Positions 63,537-64,000 of a DNA stretch of 64,000 nt are shown here, in pieces; the stretch's first letter is position 1; every line of letters begins with the position of its first letter. The DNA comes from an uncultured Clostridia bacterium (lineage in GTDB: Bacteria; Bacillota; Clostridia; Christensenellales; Borkfalkiaceae). The notes beneath the pieces are model-generated. The model saw only the letters and a list, made by a program, of their open reading frames with translations, was not told where the DNA came from and made no database searches. The stretch is from positions 58,429 through 122,428 of the forward strand of contig CANQMX010000002.1 of the NCBI GenBank assembly GCA_947625095.1, written 5' to 3'. A program made the translations under genes and the position numbers.

Positions 63537-63947
63537 CTATTCGGTTGTCTTCGTCGTCGAGGCATCGGAAGCATTGCCAAATAGGCTTCCGAGTTTCCCG
63601 AAAAAACCGGCGTAATTGGTCCTCACAACCTCAAAGGCGAGTACATACAGACCCTGTACCTCCCCGCAGAACAATTCATCGAGGTTGCCTTCGGTGAGGC
63701 GAACTGCCTTCCCGTCGTCCGTTTCGTAAGCAACATTCTCATTGATGATGAGGAGTTTCTTCAAGAGCAACTCCACAGCATCTCCCGACAAAGAGCCAAA
63801 AGCCCCCGCAATCGCAGGGGCTATCTCTCTGATGTCATAATCGAATATGCTTTTTTCGCCGTCTTTGGTGTCAATGACCGCTCCCAGACTTCCCAGCGCC
63901 GGAGCGAGCAATTTCACGAGTTCGCCCGACAGGTTCGCCGCTTTCAA
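63537..63947 (-). CDS. Tail assembly chaperone (XkdN / gpG-like) by position
   Basis: 136 aa from TTG 63947, but no RBS was seen and the frame stays open to the window edge, so the true start may lie beyond 64000. Confidence 0.5.
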   Translation of the reverse strand: MKAANLSGELVKLLAPALGSLGAVIDTKDGEKSIFDYDIREIAPAIAGAFGSLSGDAVELLLKKLLIINENVAYETDDGKAVRLTEGNLDELFCGEVQGLYVLAFEVVRTNYAGFFGKLGSLFGNASDASTTKTTE

Positions 63948-64000
63948 GGCGCCGAACGGATAGATATAGAATTTTCTGTTTGCTACGGTTACTTCTCTAA

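Larger units (their letters stand above)
29700..64000 (-). mobile_element. Prophage arm (PBSX-like myovirus tail/lysis modules plus accessory region), truncated by the window edge
   Basis: Abrupt visible GC drop near 29.6-29.85 kb; all genes on one strand; tape measure, baseplate J, tail fibres, XhlA, holin, DGR; left boundary approximate, no integrase or att in the window. Confidence 0.85.

Overview
The window has two halves that differ visibly in composition (GC judged by eye, not computed). (1) About 1-29.6 kb is a high-GC Clostridia-type chromosomal backbone, almost entirely on the minus strand. It carries ftsY, smc, rnc, plsX, a solo mazF, pnp, rpsO, a HemZ/HemN-like radical SAM gene, an MBL hydrolase, rel, recJ, secDF, the SCIFF ranthipeptide precursor (missing from the ORF track) with its maturase, yajC and tgt. 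Three small XRE regulators each sit divergent from a lipoprotein or membrane-protein gene. The intergenic regions hold several families of GC-rich palindromic REP/MITE-like repeats, which create many spurious ORFs. (2) About 29.7-64 kb is one arm of a lower-GC prophage that continues past the window edge, with every gene on the minus strand. From right to left it contains a PBSX-like contractile-tail module (chaperone pair, tape measure, baseplate), tail fibres, a complete diversity-generating retroelement (DGR), an XhlA/holin lysis cassette, a RelB/YafQ toxin-antitoxin pair, and about 17 kb of roughly 45 small, mostly unknown genes. That 17 kb block is split into three operons by three copies of one consensus promoter carrying a palindromic operator. 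The strongest signal is the DGR. A 135-bp template repeat (TR) matches two variable repeats (VRs), and the differences fall almost only at TR adenines. One VR is in a tail-fibre gene and the other is in a remote non-structural gene 7.7 kb away. Both VRs are followed by similar hairpins with an identical loop. No integrase, att site, rRNA, tRNA or CRISPR array was found. Coordinates of non-CDS features were hand-indexed against ORF-track anchors and may be off by 1-2 nt.
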